From NCBI GenBank assembly GCA_013289515.1, contig JABCZU010000005.1, positions 5,424 through 69,423 of the forward strand: a DNA stretch of 64,000 nucleotides. The letters run 5' to 3'. Numbering within the stretch: position 1 is the first letter of the stretch; each line of letters starts with the position of its first letter. The notes beneath the pieces were generated by a model. That model saw only the letters and a list, made by a program, of their open reading frames with translations, did no database searches and was not told where the DNA came from. This document shows, piece by piece, positions 20,123 to 29,767 of this stretch. Position numbers and translations under genes: made by a program. This DNA is from Candidatus Babelota bacterium (lineage in GTDB: Bacteria > Babelota > Babeliae > Babelales > RVW-14).

Positions 20123-21289
20123 TTGAAAGCTCTTATGATCAAAAAAATAAAAAAAGTTGTTGAAAAAAAGATCGCTCAAAAAGAGTATGCACAGGTATTG
20201 AAAGAGATTATAAAACAAATTGAGCAATCCCAAACTGAGGCTATTTCTTCGATTAACGAGGTCCTCAATAAGCGTAATTTATTGTTGGGTAAAATCATTG
20301 TTGAAAAACAAAAGAAGCATGGATGGGGTTCAAATTTTTTAGAAAATATAGCCAAGGATATGCAAAATATGGCTCCAGGAATCGAGGGTTTTTCGTCTGC
20401 CAATATTTATCGTATGAAGGCTTTCTATGAGGCTTATGGAAATTCTCGCACAGCTGTGCGAGAATTAGAAGAATTGCCCATTTTTACCATTCCGTGGGGA
20501 CACAATGTAGTACTTTTGCAGAAACTAAAAAATAATGACCAGCGTTTGTGGTATGCGCAAAAATCTATTGAATATGGTTGGAGCAGAAGCATGTTAGAAA
20601 CGTGGATCAAATCTGATCTTTATAATCGCGAGGGAAAAGCGATAACCAATTTTTCTAAGACCTTACCAAAGCCTCATTCTGATATGGCGCAGCAATCATT
20701 AAAAGATCCCTATAATTTTGATTTTTTAACATTACAAAAAGAGCACCTTGAACAGGAGTTGGAACAAGGGCTTGTCGAAAATGTCCAAAAACTATTGCTT
20801 GAGATGGGCAAAGGATTTGCACTTGTTGGTAGGCAGTATCATTTAGAAAAAGAAGGTGATGACTTATATATCGATCTTCTTTTCTATCATACAAAATTAA
20901 AATGCTACATTGTTGTTGAATTAAAAGCTCGAGCATTTGATCCGCGTGATGTTGGACAACTTAATTATTACCTATCAGCTGTTGATGATATGGTTCGTGA
21001 CTCTGATGATAAGCCTACGATTGGTCTGTTATTATGCAAAACAAAAAAAAACTACAAGGCAGAATATGCTTTACGTAATTTTACCTCGCCAATTGGTATA
21101 GCAGAATATGAAACAGCGATTTTAAAAAAGTTGTCCAAGGAACTCAAAAGCAACTTGCCAACAATTAAAGAAATAGAAACGGAGCTGGAAAGACAAGATG
21201 TTTTAGCTGATACAATGGCTTCCCCAAAAAAAACATCCAGCCTTGCTAAGGTTTCTAAAACGAAATTAAACAAACGCTCTATCAAGTAG
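20123..21289 (+). CDS. DUF1016 / YhcG-like PDDEXK nuclease family protein
   Basis: FALVGRQYHLEKEGDDLYIDLLFYHTKLKCYIVVELKARAFDPRDVGQLNYYL. An ATG at 20135 is an alternative start. Paralog at 31047..32240. Confidence 0.8.
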   Translation: MKALMIKKIKKVVEKKIAQKEYAQVLKEIIKQIEQSQTEAISSINEVLNKRNLLLGKIIVEKQKKHGWGSNFLENIAKDMQNMAPGIEGFSSANIYRMKAFYEAYGNSRTAVRELEELPIFTIPWGHNVVLLQKLKNNDQRLWYAQKSIEYGWSRSMLETWIKSDLYNREGKAITNFSKTLPKPHSDMAQQSLKDPYNFDFLTLQKEHLEQELEQGLVENVQKLLLEMGKGFALVGRQYHLEKEGDDLYIDLLFYHTKLKCYIVVELKARAFDPRDVGQLNYYLSAVDDMVRDSDDKPTIGLLLCKTKKNYKAEYALRNFTSPIGIAEYETAILKKLSKELKSNLPTIKEIETELERQDVLADTMASPKKTSSLAKVSKTKLNKRSIK

Positions 21290-21371
21290 CCTGGCTGGTA
21301 TAGCATGACTCGTATGCCTTTTTATCCCGATCATTGAGCGATAGCATGACATGTGCAAGCGCATAAAGAGG
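21287..21371. repeat. 85 bp direct repeat, copy B
   Basis: See 18921-19005. It begins at the stop codon of the DUF1016 gene. Confidence 0.85.
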
Positions 21372-21448
21372 GTAGGAACGGATGTGGTTGTGCACTGAGT
21401 AGCTTACGTTTTCCTAAAGCACGGTTCACGCGTGCTTCTCGTATAATA

Positions 21449-21532
21449 ATGGTCAAAAAAGACGGTACATTGTGACAGGTTATGGTTAAAAAAGACGGTG
21501 GTTTATTATAACTTATGGTTAAAATCGACGGT
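21449..21532. promoter_or_regulatory. Three iteron-like direct repeats, ATGGT(C/T)AAAA(AA/TC)GACGGT, spaced 33 bp apart
   Basis: Copies at 21449-21466, 21482-21499 and 21515-21532, read directly. Confidence 0.6.
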
Positions 21533-21625
21533 AGATTTGGCTTGGTCTGGTAGATTTTAGGCTAGCAGGCGGGCGAAGGCATATTTAAGAAAATGCTGTC
21601 TTTGTTATCTCACCCTAACCAAATA

Positions 21626-21675
21626 TTGACTTTACTCAATTGATTGAGTAATTTTACTTAATGCATTGAGTAAAA
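21626..21675 (+). promoter_or_regulatory. Sigma70-like promoter (TTGACT-N17-TAATTT) overlapped by operator-like palindromes
   Basis: TACTCAAT-TG-ATTGAGTA at 21633-21650 lies between the -35 and -10 boxes. A second imperfect palindrome is at 21652-21675. The site is 30 bp upstream of the 21706 ATG. Confidence 0.45.
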
Positions 21676-21705
21676 TTAAAACGAGCGTCAGATTCAGGGG
21701 TTTCC

Positions 21706-22899
21706 ATGCAAAAACGTCCGATTTTTCAATTGCTTATGGAGCGGGTTCAAGAACCACGCCGCTTTATCCAAGTTCTCCTTGGCCCCAGGCAGGTGGGAAA
21801 AACGACGTTGGCCATACAGGTGACAGAGGCGCTGGATAAGCCTTTTCATTTTATATCAGCCGATACGGCAACCCTGCAGGACCTTGCGTGGCTGCAACAA
21901 CAATGGGAAGTCGCCAGGCAAAAGGCTACCGCTGGCAAAGGGTGCATGCTGATTATTGATGAGGTGCAAAAGATTCCTCATTGGTCAGATTTGATAAAAT
22001 CACTGTGGGATGCCGACACGCGTAATGGGGTAGATGTCTCTCTGATGATTTTGGGCTCATCTCCCTGGCTGGTACAAAAGGGATTAACCGAAAGCCTGGC
22101 GGGACGCTTTGAAATTATCCCAATAACCCACTGGTCATTTAGTGAGATGCGCACGTGCTTTGACTGGTCTTTGGAACAGTATGCATATTTTGGCGGCTAT
22201 CCAGGGGCGGTGCCGCTGATTGATGAAAATGATCCTTCACGATGGATGAATTACATCAATGACTCGCTTATTGAAACAACCATTTCCCGCGATATTCTTC
22301 TGATGACGCAGGTCAATAAACCGGCACTCCTGCGCCGTCTTTTTCAATTGGGCTGTATGTATTCGGGGCAAATGCTGTCGTACACAAAAATGCTTGGCCA
22401 GCTTCAGGATTCAGGTAACACAACGACGCTTGCCCATTATTTAGACCTGTTGTCCGGTGCTGGACTGCTTGATGGCTTACAAAAGTTTGCCCAACAGGGT
22501 GTGCGACAACGGGGATCAAGCCCGAAGTTTGCTGTGTATAATACAGCGCTGATGACTGCCCAATCGCACAAGACGTTCAAGCAGGCATGCCAAGACCGTT
22601 CGTATTGGGGACGGCTGATTGAATCTACCGTTGGCGCGCATTTATTAAACAGCATACGCGGGACCGGCATTGAACTTTTTTACTGGCGTGAGGGTGATAA
22701 AGAGGTCGATTTTGTTTTAAGAAAGGGGGATGCTATCACCGCCATCGAGGTCAAAAGCGGGACAGAGAACTTTAACCACTCCGGTATCGATCTGTTTATC
22801 GATGCATTTAAACCAAGCCGTGTTTTACTGGTTGGCGATCAAGGCATACCGCTGAGTGATTTTCTGACAGCCCCCATTACTGATTTTGTTAAAACCTAA
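21706..22899 (+). CDS. AAA+ ATPase (AAA_14 plus DUF4143 family)
   Basis: Walker A motif LLGPRQVGKTTL, Walker B motif LIIDEVQ, and the size and architecture typical of COG1373. Confidence 0.75.
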   Translation: MQKRPIFQLLMERVQEPRRFIQVLLGPRQVGKTTLAIQVTEALDKPFHFISADTATLQDLAWLQQQWEVARQKATAGKGCMLIIDEVQKIPHWSDLIKSLWDADTRNGVDVSLMILGSSPWLVQKGLTESLAGRFEIIPITHWSFSEMRTCFDWSLEQYAYFGGYPGAVPLIDENDPSRWMNYINDSLIETTISRDILLMTQVNKPALLRRLFQLGCMYSGQMLSYTKMLGQLQDSGNTTTLAHYLDLLSGAGLLDGLQKFAQQGVRQRGSSPKFAVYNTALMTAQSHKTFKQACQDRSYWGRLIESTVGAHLLNSIRGTGIELFYWREGDKEVDFVLRKGDAITAIEVKSGTENFNHSGIDLFIDAFKPSRVLLVGDQGIPLSDFLTAPITDFVKT

Positions 22900-23521
22900 A
22901 CGATAATTCGCGTAAGGCTTGTCGCAATTCATACAACGGCAAGCCAAGTGTGCCAGAATATGAACCATTGATTGTTTTCAGAAACGAAGCCCCAAAATCT
23001 TCAAGCGCCCCGGCGCCAGCGCAGTTTACTACAAAGGGCATGGCGGCAAAATAGGCCTCAAGATCCTCTTCAGGGACTTGGAAGTGCGCCACGGCTTGGC
23101 TGGTCCAAGTGATCTGTTCAAAAAGCTGCCAATCATTACCAGCCCGGTCATACCTTCTCAAACAACACCCGGTCACAACCTCTATCGGCTCCGCGCGCAT
23201 CAGCCGCAGCATAGTCTTAGCATCGTCCTTATCCTGCGGCTTGCCCAGCATATGGTTGGTATGTGTTGTTCTGATAAGCGTATCGGCCGTCAGCACAAAC
23301 AATCTATTGCCGGCTATATCGGTGACGGCAGGAAAGCTAATGGTATCCATTTTGCCCTGGGCAATAGCCAGCACATAATCAGCAAATGGCAGACTGCCCT
23401 GCTCCAGCACCTCGTCACTATGATGGCTGAGCACGTTGAATGCCATGCGAGCCTCCTTGAGCAGTCGCTGACGTGAGGCGGATTGAGAGGCGATATAGAG
23501 GATGTCTTGATTAGTATTCAC
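22889..23521 (-). CDS. maf: Maf-like nucleoside triphosphate pyrophosphatase
   Basis: N-terminal LYIASQSASRQRLL and the overall Maf pattern. GTG start overlaps the dprA stop (GTGA). Confidence 0.8.
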   Translation of the reverse strand: MNTNQDILYIASQSASRQRLLKEARMAFNVLSHHSDEVLEQGSLPFADYVLAIAQGKMDTISFPAVTDIAGNRLFVLTADTLIRTTHTNHMLGKPQDKDDAKTMLRLMRAEPIEVVTGCCLRRYDRAGNDWQLFEQITWTSQAVAHFQVPEEDLEAYFAAMPFVVNCAGAGALEDFGASFLKTINGSYSGTLGLPLYELRQALRELSFRF

Positions 23522-24795
23522 AATACCCGTTCCCAGCTGCCAACAAAAGTCTGTCGCACGCGGCCATCGAGCTGTAATGAAAAGAGGCGGTCTTGCAGAT
23601 CACTCACCTGAAATCCAGTCTTATCCAGCAGTTCGTCAAGGCTTGCTGGCTCTTGTAAGCACCCCATAAGCAGCGCAGTTGCTGGATCATCGTTATTGAT
23701 TGGCTGAGCTTGCCCTGCCACTGGACTGGCACTGGTCATATCGTGCTCATCAAAGGTTGTCCTCACCGCCGGACGAATAAGGCTACTCTGTTGATATACC
23801 GTCCCAAACTCTTCCAAAATATCGGTCACGGTATTAACTAGCTTAGCCCCCTGCTTGATAAGCTGGTGGCACCCCGCACTCAGCTCATCATAAATCATGC
23901 CTGGCACAGCAAAGACCTGACGCCCTTGCTCAAGCGCACAGCTTGCCGTTATAAGCGCGCCGCTCTTTGCCGCCGCTTGGACGACAAGGCAACCAAGGCT
24001 TAGGCCAGCTATAACGCGATTTCGTGCAGGAAAATTATGGCGTTCCGGTTCTTCCATGAGCGGGAAAATGGAAAGGACGCCGCCGCCACTTTGCACAATG
24101 CGCCTAAAGAGCGGGATGTTCACGTCCGGGTACGGATGTAACAACCCTGAGCCCAGGACTGCAACCGTTGTGCCCCCATTGTCTAGCGTAATGGTATGAG
24201 CCATCGTGTCAGCGCCGAGCGCGCCGCCGCTAACAATGCACCACTCCTGTGCCAATAAGTCGGGAATCATATTCTTAAGAACGGTGTTTGCATAATCGGT
24301 CGCCTTGCGGGAACCAACGATCCCCATGCATTTAACTGCGGGAGCCGGTAACGATCCCTCAAGGTATAAAATCAGAGGGGGGTGGGTAATCTGCTTTAAG
24401 ATTTCTGGGTAGGCAGTATCAAGGATCGTAATAATTTTAATACCATAATGCTGGGCCTTAGCAAGCTCATCATCAAGACGAACACGGCTGGCAAGCCATT
24501 CGACTATGCTTGTAGCAAGCTTTTCACTCAAGCCAACCTTTTTGACAAAGTCAGCCGATGAATAGCTGTACAAAACACTCATATCCATGAGGTGGTGGTG
24601 TTCTATAACTTCCATCCATCCTGCATGCAATACATCTGGAAATAACTCATTATGAAGGTGCCGCAACAGCTTGAATGCTGTTGCGGGCCCAATGACTTTA
24701 TTATTAAGTGAGAGGTGTAATAAAACGTCTCGGTTATTCTGCGTCAACATCCTGATCATCCATTGGTAGCATTTCGGTGTCATCCATACCATCAT
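23518..24795 (-). CDS. dprA: DNA-processing protein DprA (Smf)
   Basis: GSRKATDY...[12 protein letters not shown]...[12 protein letters not shown]...KSGALITA...GRQVFAVPG. The true start is probably an internal Met, because the ORF overlaps the gyrA 3' end. Confidence 0.85.
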   Translation of the reverse strand: MMVWMTPKCYQWMIRMLTQNNRDVLLHLSLNNKVIGPATAFKLLRHLHNELFPDVLHAGWMEVIEHHHLMDMSVLYSYSSADFVKKVGLSEKLATSIVEWLASRVRLDDELAKAQHYGIKIITILDTAYPEILKQITHPPLILYLEGSLPAPAVKCMGIVGSRKATDYANTVLKNMIPDLLAQEWCIVSGGALGADTMAHTITLDNGGTTVAVLGSGLLHPYPDVNIPLFRRIVQSGGGVLSIFPLMEEPERHNFPARNRVIAGLSLGCLVVQAAAKSGALITASCALEQGRQVFAVPGMIYDELSAGCHQLIKQGAKLVNTVTDILEEFGTVYQQSSLIRPAVRTTFDEHDMTSASPVAGQAQPINNDDPATALLMGCLQEPASLDELLDKTGFQVSDLQDRLFSLQLDGRVRQTFVGSWERVL

Positions 24796-27328
24796 CAGTA
24801 TCCAGCTGAGCCGGTTGATCTATAAGTGGCAACGCGTGCATCACCATGGTTTCAGTTGGCTGAGCAGCTGCCTGTTCGTTATCCTCAGAGCCATCAAAGG
24901 CTAACATGGAATTCAATACCTGACCGGCATCAAGGCGTACAAGGCGTACTCCTTTGGCTTGACGCCCCATTGTACGAATCTCTTGCGGTGACAACCTAAT
25001 GATTTTACCATTTGAGTCGATAAGCAGGATATGCGAATCATCACTAACACGCTCAAGGCCAATCACATAGCCGTTACGTGTATCGGTAGGAATGGTTCTC
25101 ACACCAAAGCCGCCACGGTGTGCCACTCTAAAGTCTGCAACACGTACGCGCTTGCCATAACCACATGAGGTAGCAAACAATAGATCACTTGTCTCTGGGA
25201 TAACCTCAAGGCCTACGACGCAATCGTTCTTGCGCAGCATTATACCGCGCACACCGGCTGCATTACGGCCCATGGCACGAATCTCGGTCTCTTTGAAATG
25301 AATGCCCTGACCGTTCTTGGTTGCAATAACAATTGAATCGGTACCTGAACTAATGGCACAGAAAGCCAATTCGTCACCTTCGTTCAGGTTCAGCGCACGA
25401 ATACCGGTGCTACGAATTTTTGCAAAATCCATGGCATCGGTCTTTTTGATAACGCCCTTACGGGTAATCATAACCAGGAATTTGCCTTCCATGCCACGGG
25501 TACAGAGCAGTTTAACAACTTTTTCATTCTCGGTAAGTTGCAATAGATTAACGATAGCACGACCTTTTGCCGTTCGTGAACCTTCAGGAATCTGAAATAC
25601 CTTTTGGCTGTAAATACGACCATGATTGGTGAAGAATAACAGTTCATCATGATTTTTTGTAACAAAGGCATCAAGCATGACATCATCAGAATCTTCCAGA
25701 TCTGCCATACCCTTTTTGCCCTTGCCGCCACGGTGTTGGACCGCATAGGTTTCGAGTATAACACGCTTGATGTACCCCTTGCGCGTCAGGGTGACCAATA
25801 CCTCTTCGTCAGGAATAAGGTCGGCTTCACTTAGGCTGTCAATGGCACCCTCAATGCGTGTACGACGAGGGTCGGCATAGGTGGCTTTAATATATTCAAG
25901 CTCTTTAACAATCTCGGCTTTAAGCACTAAGTCGTCATTCAAGATCAGCTCAAGCTTGGCAATAATCTTTTTAAGATCTTCAATTTCTGCATAAATTTTA
26001 TCGCGCTCAAGGCCTGTTAAGCGTTGCAGACGCATTTCAAGAATAGCCTTGGACTGCTCTGGTGTGATACCAAAGCGAGCATTCATCTGCCCAGCAGCCT
26101 CTTCACCAGTCTGTGATTGTTTGATAAGCGCAATAACCTCATCAATATTGCTCAGAGCAATAATCAGGCCTTCAAGAATATGCGCCCTGGCCTTACTCTT
26201 TGCCAGATCAAATTCTGTACGCTTAGTAATAATTTCACGGCGGTGCAGGAGGAAATGCTCAATCATTTCACGCAATGAGAAGAACATCGGCCTGTTTTGA
26301 TACAGGGCTAGCATCAGGATAGAGACGGATGATTGCAGCGATGTATGCTTGTAAAGCTGGTTGAGGATCACCTGTGGAATCTCACTACGACGCAGTTCAA
26401 TAACCACGCGAATACCGCGGCGGTCAGATTCGTCACGAATATTTGAGATACCATCAATGATCTTATTTTTTACCAGATCAGCAATTTTGGTAATCAGATC
26501 GGCCTTATTTACCTGGAATGGCAACTCAGTGATAATCAGCGCGGTATGGCGCTTGTTTTCTTCTACCTCTACAACACCGCGTAGAATGAGCTGTCCATGA
26601 CCGGTACGGTATGCTTTAACAATGCCAGCACGACCGCAAATAATACCGCCAGTAGGAAAGTCCGGCGCCGGTACCATTTCAAAAAGTTTGTCTTCAGATA
26701 GATTAGGATCATTGAGTATGGCCATACAGGCATCAACAATTTCACCCAAATTGTGTGGGGGTATCGAGGTGGCCATACCAACCGCAATACCGGTTGAACC
26801 GTTAATCAGCAGATTTGGAATCTTGCTTGGTAGCAGGGTTGGCTCTGTGTCCGATTCATCAAACGTAGGAACAAAAAGAACGGTATCTTTTTCGATATCA
26901 GCCAAAAGCTCACGCGCCATACGAGCCATACGGACTTCGGTATAACGCATTGCTGCTGCATTGTCCCCGTCGACCGATCCCCAGTTACCCTGGCCATCAA
27001 GGAGCGGGTAGCGCTTAGAAAATTCCTGCACCAGTCCCACCATGGTTTGGTAGATCGCGCTATCACCATGCGGGTGGTAATGACCGATCACTTCACCCAC
27101 AACGGTCGCCGATTTACGATACGGCCGTTCATGATAAAGCCCAAGATCGTGCATTGCATAAAGGATACGTCGATGCACCGGCTTTAATCCATCACGCACA
27201 TCAGGAAGCGCACGACTGACAATGACCGACATTGCATAATCAAGAAATGCTGTTTTCAGCTCTTTCTCTATTGATAACGGAGCAACCCCAAGGTGTTTCC
27301 CGTCATTACCTGTTTCTGTAATTGCCAT
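24734..27328 (-). CDS. gyrA: DNA gyrase subunit A
   Basis: [39 protein letters not shown]-terminal beta-pinwheel repeats and an acidic tail. Confidence 0.95.
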   Translation of the reverse strand: MAITETGNDGKHLGVAPLSIEKELKTAFLDYAMSVIVSRALPDVRDGLKPVHRRILYAMHDLGLYHERPYRKSATVVGEVIGHYHPHGDSAIYQTMVGLVQEFSKRYPLLDGQGNWGSVDGDNAAAMRYTEVRMARMARELLADIEKDTVLFVPTFDESDTEPTLLPSKIPNLLINGSTGIAVGMATSIPPHNLGEIVDACMAILNDPNLSEDKLFEMVPAPDFPTGGIICGRAGIVKAYRTGHGQLILRGVVEVEENKRHTALIITELPFQVNKADLITKIADLVKNKIIDGISNIRDESDRRGIRVVIELRRSEIPQVILNQLYKHTSLQSSVSILMLALYQNRPMFFSLREMIEHFLLHRREIITKRTEFDLAKSKARAHILEGLIIALSNIDEVIALIKQSQTGEEAAGQMNARFGITPEQSKAILEMRLQRLTGLERDKIYAEIEDLKKIIAKLELILNDDLVLKAEIVKELEYIKATYADPRRTRIEGAIDSLSEADLIPDEEVLVTLTRKGYIKRVILETYAVQHRGGKGKKGMADLEDSDDVMLDAFVTKNHDELLFFTNHGRIYSQKVFQIPEGSRTAKGRAIVNLLQLTENEKVVKLLCTRGMEGKFLVMITRKGVIKKTDAMDFAKIRSTGIRALNLNEGDELAFCAISSGTDSIVIATKNGQGIHFKETEIRAMGRNAAGVRGIMLRKNDCVVGLEVIPETSDLLFATSCGYGKRVRVADFRVAHRGGFGVRTIPTDTRNGYVIGLERVSDDSHILLIDSNGKIIRLSPQEIRTMGRQAKGVRLVRLDAGQVLNSMLAFDGSEDNEQAAAQPTETMVMHALPLIDQPAQLDTDDGMDDTEMLPMDDQDVDAE

Positions 27329-27451
27329 GCCTTACCTTCCAGGGGCCTAACGATTAGATTAATAACCAAAACTTACTATAAAATAGCGAGTATTAGCATA
27401 CGCTGCTTTACAAAATCTGGCAAGACGCGTAAACAGAATCAATTGTGAACC

Positions 27452-27479
27452 TTGCGTTCAGCAAGCGGATCGGTATAAT
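27452..27479 (+). promoter_or_regulatory. Candidate sigma70 promoter, TTGCGT-N16-TATAAT
   Basis: Read directly. About 90 bp upstream of the ankyrin gene start at 27572. Confidence 0.4.
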
Positions 27480-27571
27480 CTACCTTAAATTTGATTTATA
27501 GCGTTAAAATCGCTATAATCCCTGTTGCCTAAAGACATTTTTTGTATTTTTCAACACCAAGGATATCACCA

Positions 27572-28798
27572 ATGACTATTCTATCACGCTCAGGCATCAA
27601 TCGAATAAAGCTCACCCTATTTTTGGCGGCCGTAACCAACAGTTGCTCCCTGCTGGGCATGGACGCCTGGGATGAGCAAGAAACATCTTCCTCCCTACTT
27701 CGCTCTCCGAGCTTCGTAGGGCAAGCACGCTCAGCTCAAGCACACTGGAATACAACCACTGCCTTGGAGAAAGTTGGTGACCGCAACAAGAAATTTGACC
27801 AGTCCATTTTGGACGCAATTAATGCATTAGCATTAGAATGGGGCATTCAGCGGGGCATTGAATATGTGGCGGTCGATCCACACCTGCCACCAGTCCTGAG
27901 TAACATAGTATCGGACTATTCCTATAATCCCGATTTGCACCAGGACGCACAAGTGGTTTTTGATTATCTACACACAGTTCAAGGCTTTGAAATACAAGAT
28001 GGCATGCTGATTAACCGAGATGATTCTGATGGCAATACTATTCTGCACCTACTTGCTGCTGATCAGGACTCAGACAGAGCATTGCCTGTTTTGGATGCAC
28101 TCATTAGAATCATGCAGGAATATAACATTGATCCATCCCAAGGTTTGAATGCGTTCAATAGAATTATACAGGAACATACGCATAGAAACATTTTCCTCGC
28201 CGATGCTCCTACAATGGTGACACAGCTCCTTGATAATGGCACCATCAACCCAAGTGGGCCAATCAATAAAAAAGGGGAGATGCCTATAGGAATAGCCGTT
28301 AGAATAGATGAACATGGCAAGCGTAAGCATTATGCTTATGCCTCGCGTAGAGACATGATAAACAAATTAGGCGGTGCAGAAACACCTATTGCCATTGCCG
28401 TTGAATGGGGTGATGATTCTTTGATGAAGCTACTCATTCAGTACGGAGCTTATGTAGACGGTAAGTACTACCATGGCCGGACACCATTGCACAGACTCTG
28501 CTGGTACACCTATCTGACCGATCAAGAGGTAATGTCTCACGCCACCTATTTACTTACACACGGTGCCAATGTTAATGCTCGAAATGACGAGCAAGAGACC
28601 CCACTCCATCTCGCCGTCATCAGGCGCTCCATTCCGTTGGTAAAGCTCCTTTTGCAGTGGGGGGCTGACGTACATGCTGTTGATCTCAATGGTAATACAC
28701 CACTTAGTTTTGCCAGGTCAAATCTCAGCGGATGCAGCAAGGAGCCTGCCAGGGCAGAAATACTTGCCATGCTTCAAGAACACGCTGCCCAACAATAA
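27572..28798 (+). CDS. Ankyrin-repeat protein with signal peptide (family member 1)
   Basis: The N-terminus MTILSRSGINRIKLTLFLAAVTNSCSLLGMD is conserved with the 29768 and 32307 genes. ANK motifs GNTILHL, TPLHLAV and GNTPLSFA. AAGGA ribosome binding site. Confidence 0.85.
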   Translation: MTILSRSGINRIKLTLFLAAVTNSCSLLGMDAWDEQETSSSLLRSPSFVGQARSAQAHWNTTTALEKVGDRNKKFDQSILDAINALALEWGIQRGIEYVAVDPHLPPVLSNIVSDYSYNPDLHQDAQVVFDYLHTVQGFEIQDGMLINRDDSDGNTILHLLAADQDSDRALPVLDALIRIMQEYNIDPSQGLNAFNRIIQEHTHRNIFLADAPTMVTQLLDNGTINPSGPINKKGEMPIGIAVRIDEHGKRKHYAYASRRDMINKLGGAETPIAIAVEWGDDSLMKLLIQYGAYVDGKYYHGRTPLHRLCWYTYLTDQEVMSHATYLLTHGANVNARNDEQETPLHLAVIRRSIPLVKLLLQWGADVHAVDLNGNTPLSFARSNLSGCSKEPARAEILAMLQEHAAQQ

Positions 28799-28831
28799 TG
28801 GCCTGCCACCACAACAACTGCGTAAAGATTC

Positions 28832-28860
28832 TTGCCCCTAGCCCAGCTGACAATTATACT
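28832..28860 (+). promoter_or_regulatory. Conserved promoter-like TTGCCC-N17-TATACT in the ankyrin 3' flank
   Basis: The same motif in the same context occurs at 30962-30990. It precedes the cassette gene. Confidence 0.45.
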
Positions 28861-28904
28861 AGCGGGTAATAGTGATTGAATAAATAGCCACGAGAGGAAA
28901 CTAT

Positions 28905-29225
28905 ATGATAACGCCCGAAATAATTGAAGAAGTAAAAAATCGGCTGGTTAAAGTTTACAACCCGATAGAGATTTATCTTTTTGGCTCATATGCCTGGGGC
29001 CATCCTGACGACGAAAGTGATTTAGATTTGTTGGTGGTGGTACGTACATCTGATGATAAAAGTCATAAACGCAGCATCCCTGGCCGACGCGCATTATTCG
29101 AACTCGATATTCCAAAAGATTTGATGGTATACACACAAGATGAATTTAATGTGCGCTGTGCAAATCCAACATCCTTACTTTATAAGATCAAAAACAAGGG
29201 CAAGGTGCTGTATGCCTCAAGTTAA
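28905..29225 (+). CDS. Nucleotidyltransferase-domain (MNT) protein, predicted antitoxin partner of HEPN
   Basis: NTase motif LFGSYAWGHPDDESDLDLLVV. GAGAGGAAA ribosome binding site. Confidence 0.8.
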   Translation: MITPEIIEEVKNRLVKVYNPIEIYLFGSYAWGHPDDESDLDLLVVVRTSDDKSHKRSIPGRRALFELDIPKDLMVYTQDEFNVRCANPTSLLYKIKNKGKVLYASS

Positions 29226-29637
29226 TGAATGGCTTGATTGGATTGACAAAGCATCTGGTGATCTAAAATCAGCAAGAAAATTGATGAAAGATGACGATGA
29301 AACGCTTCATAATGCTGCCTATTTTACACAACAAGCAGCTGAAAAGGCACTCAAAGCTTACCTCGTCTTTAAGCATCAATCAGTTATCAGAACGCATGAT
29401 TTAGAAAAACTATTAATGAACTGCATGAAACTTGATAGCACATTTAATCAATTGCGTGCATATACCGAAATTTTATCACCATTTGCAACTTACACACGTT
29501 ATCCAGATGATCGATTTGATATAGATCGTACGGAAGCAACCGAAGCGATTAAGTATGCCGAAAAGGTCTTTAAATTTGTGAAAGCAAAAATAGATCCGGC
29601 TGAAAAAACCCCACAACTAAGTCTTTTTGATTTTTGA
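29212..29637 (+). CDS. HEPN-domain protein, predicted toxin
   Basis: HEPN pattern AAYFTQQAAEKALKAYL...IRTHDLEKL. The ATG at 29212 overlaps the MNT 3' end by 14 nt. The ORF track's upstream start at 29140 is unlikely. Confidence 0.75.
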   Translation: MPQVNEWLDWIDKASGDLKSARKLMKDDDETLHNAAYFTQQAAEKALKAYLVFKHQSVIRTHDLEKLLMNCMKLDSTFNQLRAYTEILSPFATYTRYPDDRFDIDRTEATEAIKYAEKVFKFVKAKIDPAEKTPQLSLFDF

Positions 29638-29643
29638 AAATAG

Positions 29644-29708
29644 AAGCAGAAAATACGCGTATTAAAAAAAGAGGAAAATGCCCTCTAGATCATCAAAATC
29701 ATAACGCC
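29644..29708 (+). pseudogene. Remnant of a DUF1016 gene 3' end
   Basis: AGCAGAAAAT..TCATCAAAATC(A/G)TAACGCC aligns with 32183-32244, the 3' end of the intact DUF1016 gene. The same palindrome follows it. Confidence 0.6.
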
Positions 29709-29714
29709 ATGTAA

Positions 29715-29736
29715 TTGTGCAGCAGCTGCTGCACAA
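29715..29736. repeat. 22 bp perfect palindrome TTGTGCAGCAGCTGCTGCACAA, copy 1
   Basis: Read directly. Followed by the conserved TTACACACATGAGGAAT leader of the ankyrin gene. Confidence 0.9.
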
Positions 29737-29767
29737 ATTGGTATTACACACATGAGGAATCTCATCA

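Noticed and set aside
18915-22899. An intact prophage or integrative element
   Set aside because: Only a truncated primase-like gene, a nuclease, an ATPase and repeats are present. There is no integrase, and no capsid, tail or transfer genes. At most it is a decayed remnant.
24734-24795. A 62 nt overlap between dprA and the end of gyrA, considered as a possible programmed overlap
   Set aside because: It is more simply explained by over-extension of the dprA ORF. Internal Met codons (for example MLTQNN at about 24750) give a much shorter overlap, and the extra N-terminal residues are not part of conserved DprA.
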